A DNA stretch of 46,422 bases from Nemertoderma westbladi. Its lineage: Eukaryota; Animalia; Xenacoelomorpha. The notes under the pieces are model-generated. The model had not been told where the DNA came from and ran no database searches. It saw nothing but the letters and a program-made list of their open reading frames with translations. Where the stretch lies: contig JAUCBJ010004308.1 in the NCBI GenBank assembly GCA_032718475.1, forward strand, positions 1 to 46,422, in the 5' to 3' direction. The position numbers and the translations under genes were made by a program. Numbering within the stretch: the first letter of the stretch is position 1; every line of letters begins with the position of its first letter. Positions 24,171-39,014 of this stretch are shown one piece after another.

Positions 24171-24866
24171 GTTATTTTATTTTAGACTGGTTTTATTTAT
24201 TTTCAATAGTTTTATCAAATAATTATTAATAATAAATCAATCAAATTAAATTTAATTTAATTAATCAAATTTAAACAATTTCAAATAATAAACCTAACGT
24301 AAATATGTACAGCGCAGTACCACAAAGTAAGAAGGAACAGTTACTAAAACGGTGAATGCAATCAATAATCAGGTGACGGCAGTCAGCTAAAATTTCGCTT
24401 CACACAGGTGGCTTTCTCAAGATGCCAAGCAGTAAAATGACACTAGAGGGAAGACACTAATGATGATGGAGGATGTGACTGGGAAGCTGTTAATAACCGG
24501 CTGGTTTATGTAAGACATTTCAACGCCGACTGGGCAGAACTGGTTTCCTTGTAATAGCATTGAAAAGCTTGACGCTATTCAGTCAGTCGCCTGTGTGAGG
24601 CCAATCCTACTGATCAGCTGACATGTTTCTTAACATTGTTTTTATTTCGAAACAATTGTTGTAGAGTTTCACATCTGTTTAATATGCCAGATGTTTAAAT
24701 TAATTACTGTTTATGAAATATATGGACTTTTAGTTTATAAACATTTGGAAACAAAAAGGCGATCAATAATAGTATCCTTGATTACTGCTGAAAATGATTT
24801 TCGGTTATACACATGTGCCAACTCATAAAAAATTATACAGGAAATTGTTTTCCATTTCTCATTTAG

Positions 24867-25127
24867 CCGTCGATGGCACTTGCCACACATGGGAGCCACA
24901 GCCGTGCAAGGACTCATCTCCGCGAGCCTGCGGCGTTATCTATGGTAACGAGTTCCGTCAATGTCGCGATCTCATCCACCCGGCTGCGTTCTACGCGGCC
25001 TGCGAGTTGGACCTGGGATGCGGGGCGGAGAGCGGCGAGGAGTGCAACTCGTTGGAGGCGTACGCACGAGAGTGTTTGAAACACGGAGTCGTATTGGAGT
25101 GGAGATCGGCGAACAATCACGTCTGCG
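24867..25127 (+). CDS. Exon 9: C8 domain
   Basis: Acceptor tttctcatttag|, donor g|gtgcgt; FRQCRDLIHPAAFYAACELD...LEAYARECLKHGVVLEWRS; phase 1 to 1. Confidence 0.9.
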
Positions 25128-25190
25128 GTGCGTTGAATCGTTCCAGAGATCAGCAACCAATAGCAAAGTTATATCGATTATGTCTTGCGT

Positions 25191-27655
25191 CACACACTTT
25201 TTACCCACAGTAACTCTTCCCCTGTAGATGTTGGTTGGTCCCACACACTTTATACCTTCTGTAACTCTTCCCCTGTAGATGTTGGTTGGTCCCACACACT
25301 TTATACCTTCTGTAACTCTTTCCCTGTAGTCGTTGGTTGCTCTCACACACTTTATGCCTTCTGTAACTCCTTCCCATGTTGATATCGGTTGTTCTTACAC
25401 ACTTTATACCTTCTGTAACTCTTTCCCTGTAGTCGTTGGTTGCTCTCACACACTTTATGCCTTCTGTAACTCCTTCCCCTGTTGATATCGGTTGCTCTCA
25501 CACACTTTATACCTTCTGTAACTCTTTCCCTGTAGTCGTTGGTTGCTCTCACACACTTTATACCTTCTGCAACTCTTCCCCTGTAGTCGTTGGTTGCTCT
25601 CACACACTTTATACCTTCTGTAACTCTTCCCCTGTAGTCGTTGGTTGCTCTCACACACTTTATACCTTCTGTAACTCCTTCCCATGTTGATATCGGTTGT
25701 TCTTACACACTTTATACCTTCTGTAACTCTTTCCCTGTAGTCGTTGGTTGCTCTCACACACTTTATGCCTTCTGTAACTCCTTCCCATGTTGATATCGGT
25801 TGTTCTTACACACTTTATACCTTCTGTAACTCTTTCCCTGTAGTCGTTGGTTGCTCTCACACACTTTATGCCTTCTGTAACTCCTTCCCATGTTGATATC
25901 GGTTGTTCTTACACACTTTATACCTTCTGTAACTCTTTCCCTGTAGTCGTTGGTTGCTCTCACACACTTTATGCCTTCTGTAACTCCTTCCCCTGTTGAT
26001 ATCGGTTGCTCTCACACACTTTATACCTTCTGTAACTCTTTCCCTGTAGTCGTTGGTTGCTCTCACACACTTTATACCTTCTGCAACTCTTCCCCTGTAG
26101 TCGTTGGTTGCTCTCACACACTTTATGCCTTCTGTAACTCCTTCCCCTGTTGATATCGGTTGCTCTCACACACTTTATACCTTCTGTAACTCCTTCCCCT
26201 GTAGATGTTGGTTGCTCCCACACACTTTATACCTTCTGTAACTCCTTCCCCTGTTGATATCGGTTGCTCTCACACACTTTATACCTTCTGTAACTCTTTC
26301 CCTGTAGTCGTTGGTTGCTCTCACACACTTTATACCTTCTGCAACTCTTCCCCTGTAGTCGTTGGTTGCTCTCACACACTTTTTACCCACAGTAACTCTT
26401 CCCCTGTTGATATCGGTTGTTCTCACACACTTTATACCTTCTGTAACTCCTTCCCCTGTTGATATCGGTTGTTCTCACACACTTTATACCTTCTGTAACT
26501 CTTTCCCTGTAGTCGTTGGTTGCTCTCACACACTTTTTACCCACAGTAACTCTTCCCCTGTAGATGTTGGTTGGTCCCACACACTTTATACCTTCTGTAA
26601 CTCTTTCCCTGTAGTCGTTGGTTGTTCCCACACACGTTATACCTTCTGTAACTCCTTCCCCTGTTGATATCGGTTGCTCTCACACACTTTATGCCTTCTG
26701 TAACTCCTTCCCCTGTTGATATCGGTTGCTCTCACACACTTTTTACCCACAGTAACTCTTCCCCTGTAGATGTTGGTTGGTCCCACACACTTTATACCTT
26801 CTGTAACTCTTTCCCTGTAGTCGTTGGTTGCTCTCACACACTTTATGCCTTCTGTAACTCCTTCCCATGTTGATATCGGTTGTTCTTACACACTTTATAC
26901 CTTCTGTAACTCTTTCCCTGTAGTCGTTGGTTGCTCTCACACACTTTATGCCTTCTGTAACTCCTTCCCCTGTTGATATCGGTTGCTCTCACACACTTTA
27001 TACCTTCTGTAACTCTTTCCCTGTAGTCGTTGGTTGCTCTCACACACTTTATACCTTCTGCAACTCTTCCCCTGTAGTCGTTGGTTGCTCTCACACACTT
27101 TTTACCCACAGTAACTCTTCCCCTGTTGATATCGGTTGCTCTCACACACTTTATACCTTCTGTAACTCTTTCCCTGTAGTCGTTGGTTGCTCTCACACAC
27201 TTTATACCTTCTGCAACTCTTCCCCTGTAGTCGTTGGTTGCTCTCACACACTTTATACCTTCTGTAACTCCTTCCCCTGTTGATATCGGTTGTTCTCACA
27301 CACTTTATACCTTCTGTAACTCTTTCCCTGTAGTCGTTGGTTGCTCTCACACACTTTTTACCCACAGTAACTCTTCCCCTGTAGATGTTGGTTTGTCCCA
27401 CACACTTTATACCTTCTGTAACTCTTTCCCTGTAGTCGTTGGTTGCTCTCACACACTTTATACCTTCTGTAACTCTTTCCCTGTAGTCGTTGGTTGCTCT
27501 CACACACTTTATACCTTCTGTAACTCTTTCCCTGTAGTCGTTGGTTGCTCTCACACACTTTATACCTTCTGTAACTCCTTCCCCTGTAGATGTTGGTTGC
27601 CCTCACACACTTTATACCTTCTGTAACTCTTCCCCTGTAGACGTTGGTTGCTCCC
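25191..27655 (+). repeat. 51/52-bp minisatellite (~48 copies) containing the exon 10 splice acceptor and the first ~15 exon nt
   Basis: Unit cacacactttataccttctgtaactcttcccctgtag(a/t)(c/t)gttggttgctct; the last unit runs directly into the TIL exon. Confidence 0.95.
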
Positions 27656-27794
27656 AGGGTTCCGTCTACAATGAATGCGGCTCTTCCTGTCCACAACTCT
27701 GTTCCATGCCCGACCTTCAATCTGCTTCATGTAATTCTCATGAATGTATCGACGGCTGTCACTGTCCCAAAGGCCATAGATTCAATGGGAAAAG
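27641..27794 (+). CDS. Exon 10: TIL domain (DVGCSQGSVYNECGSSCPQLC...CIDGCHCPKGHRFNGK)
   Basis: Acceptor is the last unit of the 51-bp array (tcccctgtag|), donor ag|gttaga; phase 1 to 2. Confidence 0.9.
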
Positions 27795-27844
27795 GTTAGA
27801 TCTAGACGCAGATTCAGTAGAAGATGTTAGGGAATTCCATTTAT

Positions 27845-30800
27845 TATTAAGAAGCTCTTAGCTTCTTTCCTGTCTCTATTTTTCCGCAGATTTTTGGAAC
27901 ATGGTGATGATGAAGAAAAAAAAGTGTTCTGGCATTTAGCTCCCTGATTGGCTAGAGCTACAATAACATGTATAGGCCTACTATAAATACTATAATAATA
28001 TACTATTAGTTGGCACGCTGGGAAGAGCTATTCAGCTGGTGGGATAATACATTACAAACTACTACAATAACATATAGGCCTACTATATTAGAGTGAGAGA
28101 GTAATATACTTGGCAAGTAATATACTTCTCTGCAGTTTGGGCTATCCATTCAATCAATAGTAGTAGCTTACTAGGCCCTCATGAGCACCAGCAGCTGGTG
28201 TTTCTATCGTTGAGTCTATTGCAATTTTCGTTGTTATGGGGCTATTTTTCTAAATAAATAAAAGACACTTTAATAATTTTTTTGAAACTTTTTTCCACAT
28301 CCTGAGGTTGAGCTGCGTCGATTGATATAACTTTCATTGACGGACGAGCTATAGTTTCGGGGGAATTCACCCGATATACATACATACATACATGATAGAT
28401 AGTGAATATTTTTACAGTAAGAAGTCCTAACAAACTTCTAATAATTTAGTAAAGTCAATAATCATGTGCCGCCCTTTCTGTTCATTAGTTCTTAGAGAAC
28501 ATAATAAAGGTCATTTATGTGATATGCATTATTTATGTATACATTATTTATGTATACATTATTTATATATATACATTATTTATGTATACATTATTTATAT
28601 ATACATTATTTATGTATACATTATTTATATATACATTATTTATGTATACATTATTTATGTATACATTATTTATATATATACATTATTTATGTATACATTA
28701 TTTATGTATACATTATGTATGTATACATTATTTATGTATACATTATTTATGTATACATTATTTATATATATACATTATTTATGTATACATTATTTATGTA
28801 TACATTATTTATGTATACATTATTTATATATATATATTATTTATGTATACATTATTTATGTATACATTATTTATGTATACATTATTTGTATATATACATT
28901 ATTTATGTATACATTATTTATATATATATACATTATTTATGTATACATTATTTATATATATACATTATTTATGTATACATTATTTATGTATACATTATTT
29001 ATATATATACATTATTTATGTATACATTATTTATGTATACATTATTTATGTATACATTATTTATATATATACATTATTTATGTATACATTATTTATGTAT
29101 ACATTATTTATGTATACATTATTTATATATATACATTATTTATGTATACATTATTTATGTATACATTATTTATGTATACATTATTTATATATATATATTA
29201 TTTATGTATACATTATTTATGTATACATTATTTATGTATACATTATTTGTATATATACATTATTTATGTATACATTATTTATATATATATACATTATTTA
29301 TGTATACATTATTTATATATATACATTATTTATGTATACATTATTTATGTATACATTATTTATATATATACATTATTTATGTATACATTATTTATGTATA
29401 CATTATTTATGTATACATTATTTATATATATACATTATTTATGTATACATTATTTATGTATACATTATTTATGTATACATTATTTATGTATACATTATTT
29501 ATATATATACATTATTTATGTATACATTATTTATGTATACATTATTTATGTATACATTATTTATATATATATATTATTTATGTATACATTATTTATGTAT
29601 ACATTATTTATGTATACATTATTTGTATATATACATTATTTATGTATACATTATTTATGTATACATTATTTATGTATACATTATTTATGTATACATTATT
29701 TATGTATACATTATTTATATATATACATTATTTATGTATACATTATTTATGTATACATTATTTATGTATACATTATTTATATATATACATTATTTATATA
29801 TACATTATTTATGTATACATTATTTATGTATACATTATTTATGTATACATTATTTATATATATACATTATTTATATATATACATTATTTATATATATACA
29901 TTATTTATGTATACATTATTTATGTATACATTATTTATGTATACATTATTTATGTATACATTATTTATGTATACATTATTTATATATATACATTATTTAT
30001 GTATACATTATTTATGTATACATTATTTATGTATACATTATTTATATATATACATTATTTATGTATACATTATTTATGTATACATTATTTATGTATACAT
30101 TATTTATATATATACATTATTTATGTATACATTATTTATATATATACATTATTTATGTATACATTATTTATGTATACATTATTTATGTATACATTATTTA
30201 TATATATACATTATTTATGTATACATTATTTATGTATACATTATTTATGTATACATTATTTATGTATACATTATTTATGTATACATTATTTATATATATA
30301 CATTATTTATGTATACATTATTTATATATATACATTATTTATGTATACATTATTTATGTATACATTATTTATGTATACATTATTTATATATATACATTAT
30401 TTATGTATACATTATTTATGTATACATTATTTATATATATACATTATTTATGTATACATTATTTATGTATACATTATTTATATATACATTATTTATATAT
30501 ACATTATTTATGTATACATTATTTATGTATACATTATTTATATATATACATTATTTATGTATACATTATTTATGTATACATTATTTATGTATACATTATT
30601 TATATATACATTATTTATGTATACATTATTTATGTATACATTATTTATATATATACATTATTTATGTATACATTATTTATGTATACATTATTTATGTATA
30701 TACATTATTTATGTATACATTATTTATATATATACATTGTTTATGTATACATTATTTATGTATGCATTATTTATGTATACATTATTTTTGTATACATTAT

Positions 30801-33800
30801 TTATGTATACATTATTTATGTATACATTATTTATGTATACATTATTTATGTATACATTATTTATGTATACATTATTTATATATATACATTATTTATGTAT
30901 ACATTATTTATGTATACATTATTTATGTATACATTATTTATGTATACATTATTTATATATATACATTATTTATGTATACATTATTTATATATATACATTA
31001 TTTATGTATACATTATTTATATATATACATTGTTTATGTATACATTATTTATGTATGCATTATTTATGTATACATTATTTATGTATACATTATTTATGTA
31101 TACATTATTTATGTATACATTATTTATATATATACATTATTTATGTATACATTATTTATGTATACATTATGTATGTATACATTATTTATGTATACATTAT
31201 TTATATATATACATTATTTATGTATACATTATTTATATATATACATTATTTATGTATACATTATTTATGTATACATTATTTATGTATACATTATTTATGT
31301 ATACATTATTTATGTATACATTATTTATGTATACATTATTTATATATATACATTATTTATGTATACATTATTTATGTATACATTATTTATGTATACATTA
31401 TTTATATATATACATTATTTATATATATACATTATTTATATATATACATTATTTATGTATACATTATTTATGTATACATTATTTATGTATACATTATTTA
31501 TGTATACATTATTTATATATATACATTATTTATGTATACATTATTTATGTATACATTATTTATGTATACATTATTTATATATATACATTATTTATGTATA
31601 CATTATTTATGTATACATTATTTATATATATACATTATTTATGTATACATTATTTATGTATACATTATTTATGTATACATTATTTATATATATACATTAT
31701 TTATGTATACATTATTTATGTATACATTATTTATGTATACATTATTTATGTATACATTATTTATGTATACATTATTTATGTATACATTATTTATGTATAC
31801 ATTATTTATATATATACATTATTTATGTATACATTATTTATATATACATTATTTATGTATACATTATTTATATATACATTATTTATGTATACATTATTTA
31901 TGTATACATTATTTATATATATACATTATTTATGTATACATTATTTATGTATACATTATTTATGTATACATTATTTATATATATACATTATTTATGTATA
32001 CATTATTTATGTATACATTATTTATGTATACATTATTTATGTATACATTATTTATGTATACATTATTTATGTATACATTATTTATATATATACATTATTT
32101 ATGTATACATTATTTATGTATACATTATTTATGTATACATTATTTATATATATACATTATTTATGTATACATTATTTATGTATACATTATTTATATATAT
32201 ACATTATTTATGTATACATTATTTATGTATACATTATTTATATATACATTATTTATGTATACATTATTTATGTATACATTATTTATGTATACATTATTTA
32301 TATATATACATTATTTATATATATACATTATTTATATATATACATTATTTATGTATACATTATTTATGTATACATTATTTATGTATACATTATTTATGTA
32401 TACATTATTTATGTATACATTATTTATATATATACATTATTTATGTATACATTATTTATGTATACATTATTTATGTATACATTATTTATATATATACATT
32501 ATTTATGTATACATTATTTATGTATACATTATTTATGTATACATTATTTATATATATACATTATTTATGTATACATTATTTAAGTATACATTATTTATGT
32601 ATACATTATTTATATATATACATTATTTATGTATACATTATTTATGTATACATTATTTATGTATACATTATTTATATATATACATTATTTATGTATACAT
32701 TATTTATGTATACATTATTTATGTATACATTATTTATGTATACATTATTTATGTATACATTATTTATGTATATACTTTATTTATATATATAGATTATTTA
32801 TGTATACATTATTTATGTATACATTATTTATATATATACATTATTTATGTATACATTATTTATATATATACATTGTTTATGTATACATTATTTATGTAGG
32901 CATTATTTATGTATACATTATTTTTGTATACATTATTTATGTATACATTATTTATGTATACATTATTTATGTATACATTATTTATGTATACATTATTTAT
33001 ATATATACATTATTTATGTATACATTATTTATGTATACATTATTTATGTATACATTATTTATGTATACATTATTTATATATATACATTATTTATGTATAC
33101 ATTATTTATATATATACATTATTTATGTATACATTATTTATATATATACATTGTTTATGTATACATTATTTATGTATGCATTATTTATGTATACATTATT
33201 TATGTATACATTATTTATGTATACATTATTTATATATATACATTATTTATGTATACATTATTTATGTATACATTATTTATGTATACATTATTTATGTATA
33301 CATTATTTATATATATACATTATTTATGTATACATTATTTATGTATACATTATTTATGTATACATTATTTATATATATACATTATTTATGTATACATTAT
33401 TTATGTATACATTATTTATGTATACATTATTTATATATATACATTATTTATGTATACATTATTTATGTATACATTATTTATATATATACATTATTTATGT
33501 ATACATTATATATGTATACATTATTTATGTATACATTATTTATATATATACATTATTTATGTATACATTATTTATGTATACATTATGTATGTATACATTA
33601 TTTATGTATACATTATTTATGTATACATTATTTATATATATACATTATTTATGTATACATTATTTATGTATACATTATTTATGTATACATTATTTATGTA
33701 TACATTATTTATATATATACATTATTTATGTATACATTATTTATGTATACATTATGTATGTATACATTATTTATGTATACATTATTTATGTATACATTAT

Positions 33801-36800
33801 TTATATATATACATTATTTATGTATACATTATTTATGTATACATTATTTATGTATACATTATTTATATATATACATTATTTATGTATACATTATTTATGT
33901 ATACATTATTTATGTATACATTATTTATGTATACATTATTTATGTATACATTATTTATATATATACATTATTTATGTATACATTATTTATGTATACATTA
34001 TTTATATATATACATTATTTATGTATACATTATTTATATATACATTATTTATGTATACATTATTTATATATACATTATTTATGTATACATTATTTATGTA
34101 TACATTATTTATATATATACATTATTTATGTATACATTATTTATGTATACATTATTTATGTATACATTATTTATATATACATTATTTATGTATACATTAT
34201 TTATGTATACATTATTTATATATATACATTATTTATGTATACATTATTTATGTATACATTATTTATGTATACATTATTTATATATATACATTATTTATGT
34301 ATACATTATTTATGTATACATTATTTATATATATACATTATTTATGTATACATTATTTATATATACATTATTTATGTATACATTATTTATATATACATTA
34401 TTTATGTATACATTATTTATGTATACATTATTTATATATATACATTATTTATGTATACATTATTTATGTATACATTATTTATGTATACATTATTTATATA
34501 TACATTATTTATGTATACATTATTTATGTATACATTATTTATATATATACATTATTTATGTATACATTATTTATGTATACATTATTTATGTATATACATT
34601 ATTTATGTATACATTATTTATATATATACATTGTTTATGTATACATTATTTATGTATGCATTATTTATGTATACATTATTTTTGTATACATTATTTATGT
34701 ATACATTATTTATGTATACATTATTTATGTATACATTATTTATGTATACATTATTTATATATATACATTATTTATGTATACATTATTTATGTATACATTA
34801 TTTATGTATACATTATTTATGTATACATTATTTATATATATACATTATTTATGTATACATTATTTATATATATACATTATTTATGTATACATTATTTATA
34901 TATATACATTGTTTATGTATACATTATTTATGTATGCATTATTTATGTATACATTATTTATGTATACATTATTTATGTATACATTATTTATGTATACATT
35001 ATTTATATATATACATTATTTATGTATACATTATTTATGTATACATTATGTATGTATACATTATTTATGTATACATTATTTATATATATACATTATTTAT
35101 GTATACATTATTTATATATATACATTATTTATGTATACATTATTTATGTATACATTATTTATGTATACATTATTTATGTATACATTATTTATGTATACAT
35201 TATTTATGTATACATTATTTATATATATACATTATTTATGTATACATTATTTATGTATACATTATTTATGTATACATTATTTATATATATACATTATTTA
35301 TATATATACATTATTTATATATATACATTATTTATGTATACATTATTTATGTATACATTATTTATGTATACATTATTTATGTATACATTATTTATATATA
35401 TACATTATTTATGTATACATTATTTATGTATACATTATTTATGTATACATTATTTATATATATACATTATTTATGTATACATTATTTATGTATACATTAT
35501 TTATATATATACATTATTTATGTATACATTATTTATGTATACATTATTTATGTATACATTATTTATATATATACATTATTTATGTATACATTATTTATGT
35601 ATACATTATTTATGTATACATTATTTATGTATACATTATTTATGTATACATTATTTATGTATACATTATTTATATATATACATTATTTATGTATACATTA
35701 TTTATATATACATTATTTATGTATACATTATTTATATATACATTATTTATGTATACATTATTTATGTATACATTATTTATATATATACATTATTTATGTA
35801 TACATTATTTATGTATACATTATTTATGTATACATTATTTATATATATACATTATTTATGTATACATTATTTATGTATACATTATTTATGTATACATTAT
35901 TTATGTATACATTATTTATGTATACATTATTTATGTATACATTATTTATATATATACATTATTTATGTATACATTATTTATGTATACATTATTTATGTAT
36001 ACATTATTTATATATATACATTATTTATGTATACATTATTTATGTATACATTATTTATATATATAAATTATTTATGTATACATTATTTATGTATACATTA
36101 TTTATATATACATTATTTATGTATACATTATTTATGTATACATTATTTATGTATACATTATTTATATATATACATTATTTATATATATACATTATTTATA
36201 TATATACATTATTTATGTATACATTATTTATGTATACATTATTTATGTATACATTATTTATGTATACATTATTTATGTATACATTATTTATATATATACA
36301 TTATTTATGTATACATTATTTATGTATACATTATTTATGTATACATTATTTATATATATACATTATTTATGTATACATTATTTATGTATACATTATTTAT
36401 GTATACATTATTTATATATATACATTATTTATGTATACATTATTTAAGTATACATTATTTATGTATACATTATTTATATATATACATTATTTATGTATAC
36501 ATTATTTATGTATACATTATTTATGTATACATTATTTATATATATACATTATTTATGTATACATTATTTATGTATACATTATGTATGTATACATTATTTA
36601 TGTATACATTATTTATGTATACATTATTTATATATATACATTATTTATGTATACATTATTTATGTATACATTATTTATGTATACATTATTTATATATATA
36701 CATTATTTATGTATACATTATTTATGTATACATTATTTATGTATACATTATTTATGTATACATTATTTATGTATACATTATTTATGTATACATTATTTAT

Positions 36801-37869
36801 GTATACATTATTTATATATATACATTATTTATGTATACATTATTTATGTATACATTATTTATGTATACATTATTTATATATATACATTATTTATGTATAC
36901 ATTATTTATGTATACATTATTTATGTATACATTATTTATATATATACATTATTTATGTATACATTATTTATGTATACATTATTTATATATATACATTATT
37001 TATATATATACATTATTTATATATATACATTATTTATGTATACATTATTTATATATATACATTATTTATGTATACATTATTTATGTATACATTATTTATA
37101 TATATACATTATTTATGTATACATTATTTATGTATACATTATTTATATATATACATTATTTATGTATACATTATATATGTATACATTATTTATGTATACA
37201 TTATTTATATATATACATTATTTATGTATACATTATTTATGTATACATTATGTATGTATACATTATTTATGTATACATTATTTATGTATACATTATTTAT
37301 ATATATACATTATTTATGTATACATTATTTATGTATACATTATTTATGTATACATTATTTATATATATACATTATTTATGTATACATTATTTATGTATAC
37401 ATTATTTATGTATACATTATGTATGTATACATTATTTATGTATACATTATTTATGTATACATTATTTATATATATACATTATTTATGTATACATTATTTA
37501 TGTATACATTATTTATGTATACATTATTTATATATATACATTATTTATATATATACATTATTTATGTATACATTATTTATGTATACATTATTCATGTATA
37601 CATTATTTATGTATACATTATTTATATATATACATTATTTATGTATACATTATTTATGTATACATTATTTATATATATACATTATTTATGAATACATTAT
37701 TTATATATATACATTTTTTATGTATACATTATTTATGTATACATTATTTATATATATACATTATTTATATGTATACATTATTTATATATATACATTATTT
37801 TGAGTGTAACTTGAACGAAGAGGTGGACAGCTAGAGAGCTTCTTTCGCGGTGCGCAGCACCGCCATAGT
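27845..37869 (+). mobile_element. Putative Helentron/HINE-like element enclosing the 15-bp satellite
   Basis: 5' palindrome aagaagct-ctt-agcttctt (27849-27867), complementary subTIR agctagagagcttctt (37829-37844), GC hairpin gcggtgc-gca-gcaccgc (37847-37863), then catagt. 27845-28431 matches 8442-9028 inverted. Confidence 0.55.
28523..37800. repeat. 9.3-kb AT-rich satellite of 15-bp (tgtatacattattta) and 17-bp (tatatatacattattta) units, roughly 600 units
   Basis: Direct tandem repeat. The + strand unit has no stop codon in any frame, which produces the spurious 1100-1600 aa ORFs. Confidence 0.98.
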
Positions 37870-38214
37870 AATGTAATAGGACAATATGATAAAGCAATTG
37901 CAATATATAATGCAATACGATTACGGATTTCCATTTAATTTAACTTTCATTACAATATGAACTTGATTATCGAGATTACAATATAAGATTCATTAAAGTA
38001 AATGATAATTATTTCACTGTAGGACTAGTTAATATTTTAATTTTTGTTTCTTCATTTAGTTTATTCTGAATGTTTGTTTGCATCTTATCGACACCGTCAG
38101 AAATTATATTTCTAACACCAATAATAGTTAGTAAATGATAAGAATTGGGAATTTAGAGCTAAAATAAAATAAATATATAGAAAATGACTATTTTATTGGC
38201 TATTACTATTGCAG

Positions 38215-38348
38215 TTGCATTAAAGAAGATGATTGTCCTTGTTCATACAACGGTATTGAATATGGTAGTGGTGAAACTCTTGTTAACGACTGTAACATTT
38301 GCGAATGTAAGGCTGGTAAATGGAGCTGTACTGAAAATCATTGCAAGG
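38215..38348 (+). CDS. Exon 11: end of TIL plus E/VWC-like module (CIKEDDCPCSYNGIEY..GE...DCNICECKAGKWSCTENHCK)
   Basis: Acceptor ctattgcag|, donor g|gtaagt; phase 2 to 1. The frame differs from ORF 38184..38366. Confidence 0.92.
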
Positions 38349-38454
38349 GTAAGTAATATATTTTAAGGAAATTAAATTATTAAATAATGGGTATGAATGC
38401 GTAGTTTTTACCTAATTTTCATATACAGCCGTTGATGTGTTTATCACCGTGTTT

Positions 38455-38715
38455 TATTTTATGTAAAATTTCTTCGGACGTTAGGCCAGGTATTACGCAC
38501 AAAGTCTGTCGACTTATTTCCAGTGGGGTCCCCCCAGAGGGAACTCCAGTACTCATTTAGCTACCACTTAAGGATGCAAAGCAGAGAGATGCGCCCGGGC
38601 TGGTCCCTTCAAAGTATTTGTGCCGAAACGAAAACTGCCCTGGCCCATGTGAGGATCGAACCCACGACCTACTTTAGATGTTAATTTAATGCAACCACTA
38701 CACCAAGGTGGAACC
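38455..38715 (-). mobile_element. tRNA-derived SINE with a Nin/Deu-like central domain
   Basis: Minus strand: A box tggtgtagtgg, B box ggttcgatcc, tRNA-like end tgggcca, then ctttgcatccttaagtggtagctaaatgagtac and ctggaaataag; A-rich end. Confidence 0.7.
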
Positions 38716-38842
38716 AATTTTTTTGGCCTGAAGAGAAAACAAGACTATTAAATCTTTCTTAGATTACTTAATTATTATTACGTTGATTAGTAATGTAGTT
38801 TGAAGTGTTATTTATTTCTTATTAACAATTTGCTTTTTTAAG

Positions 38843-39014
38843 ATGTTTGTTCCATAACCGGTGTGCATTACGAGACGTTCGATAAACGACTATACAGTTT
38901 CGCTGGACGATGCAGCTACACTCTTCTAACGGATCGCGTTGGCGGTTCCTTGAGCAACCAGTTCAACATCATGGTCAACAACGAGGAATGTAGAGCCCCG
39001 CCCAAGAAATGCAG
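38843..39014 (+). CDS. Exon 12: VWD2 N-terminus (VCSITGVHYETFDKRLYSFAGRCSYTLL...)
   Basis: Acceptor gcttttttaag|, donor ag|gttaat; canonical HYxTFD..Y.F.G.C.Y motif; phase 1 to 2. Confidence 0.92.

Noticed and set aside
24380-24622. Possible degenerate MITE (cacacagg / cctgtgtg inverted match)
   Set aside because: The inverted match is short and no TSD was found.
24972-27626. Many short ORFs on both strands in the 51-bp array as a repeat protein
   Set aside because: Broken repeatedly by 52-bp units; only the final unit could be added in frame to the real gene.
28464-37834. Giant 1100-1600 aa ORFs (YIIYV/MYTLF/CIHYL)
   Set aside because: All three frames are open only because the 15/17-bp unit lacks stop codons on this strand; the region is an intron between phase-matched exons.
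38641-38715. tRNA gene on the minus strand
   Set aside because: The anticodon arm is degenerate and a SINE body follows; called as a SINE head.
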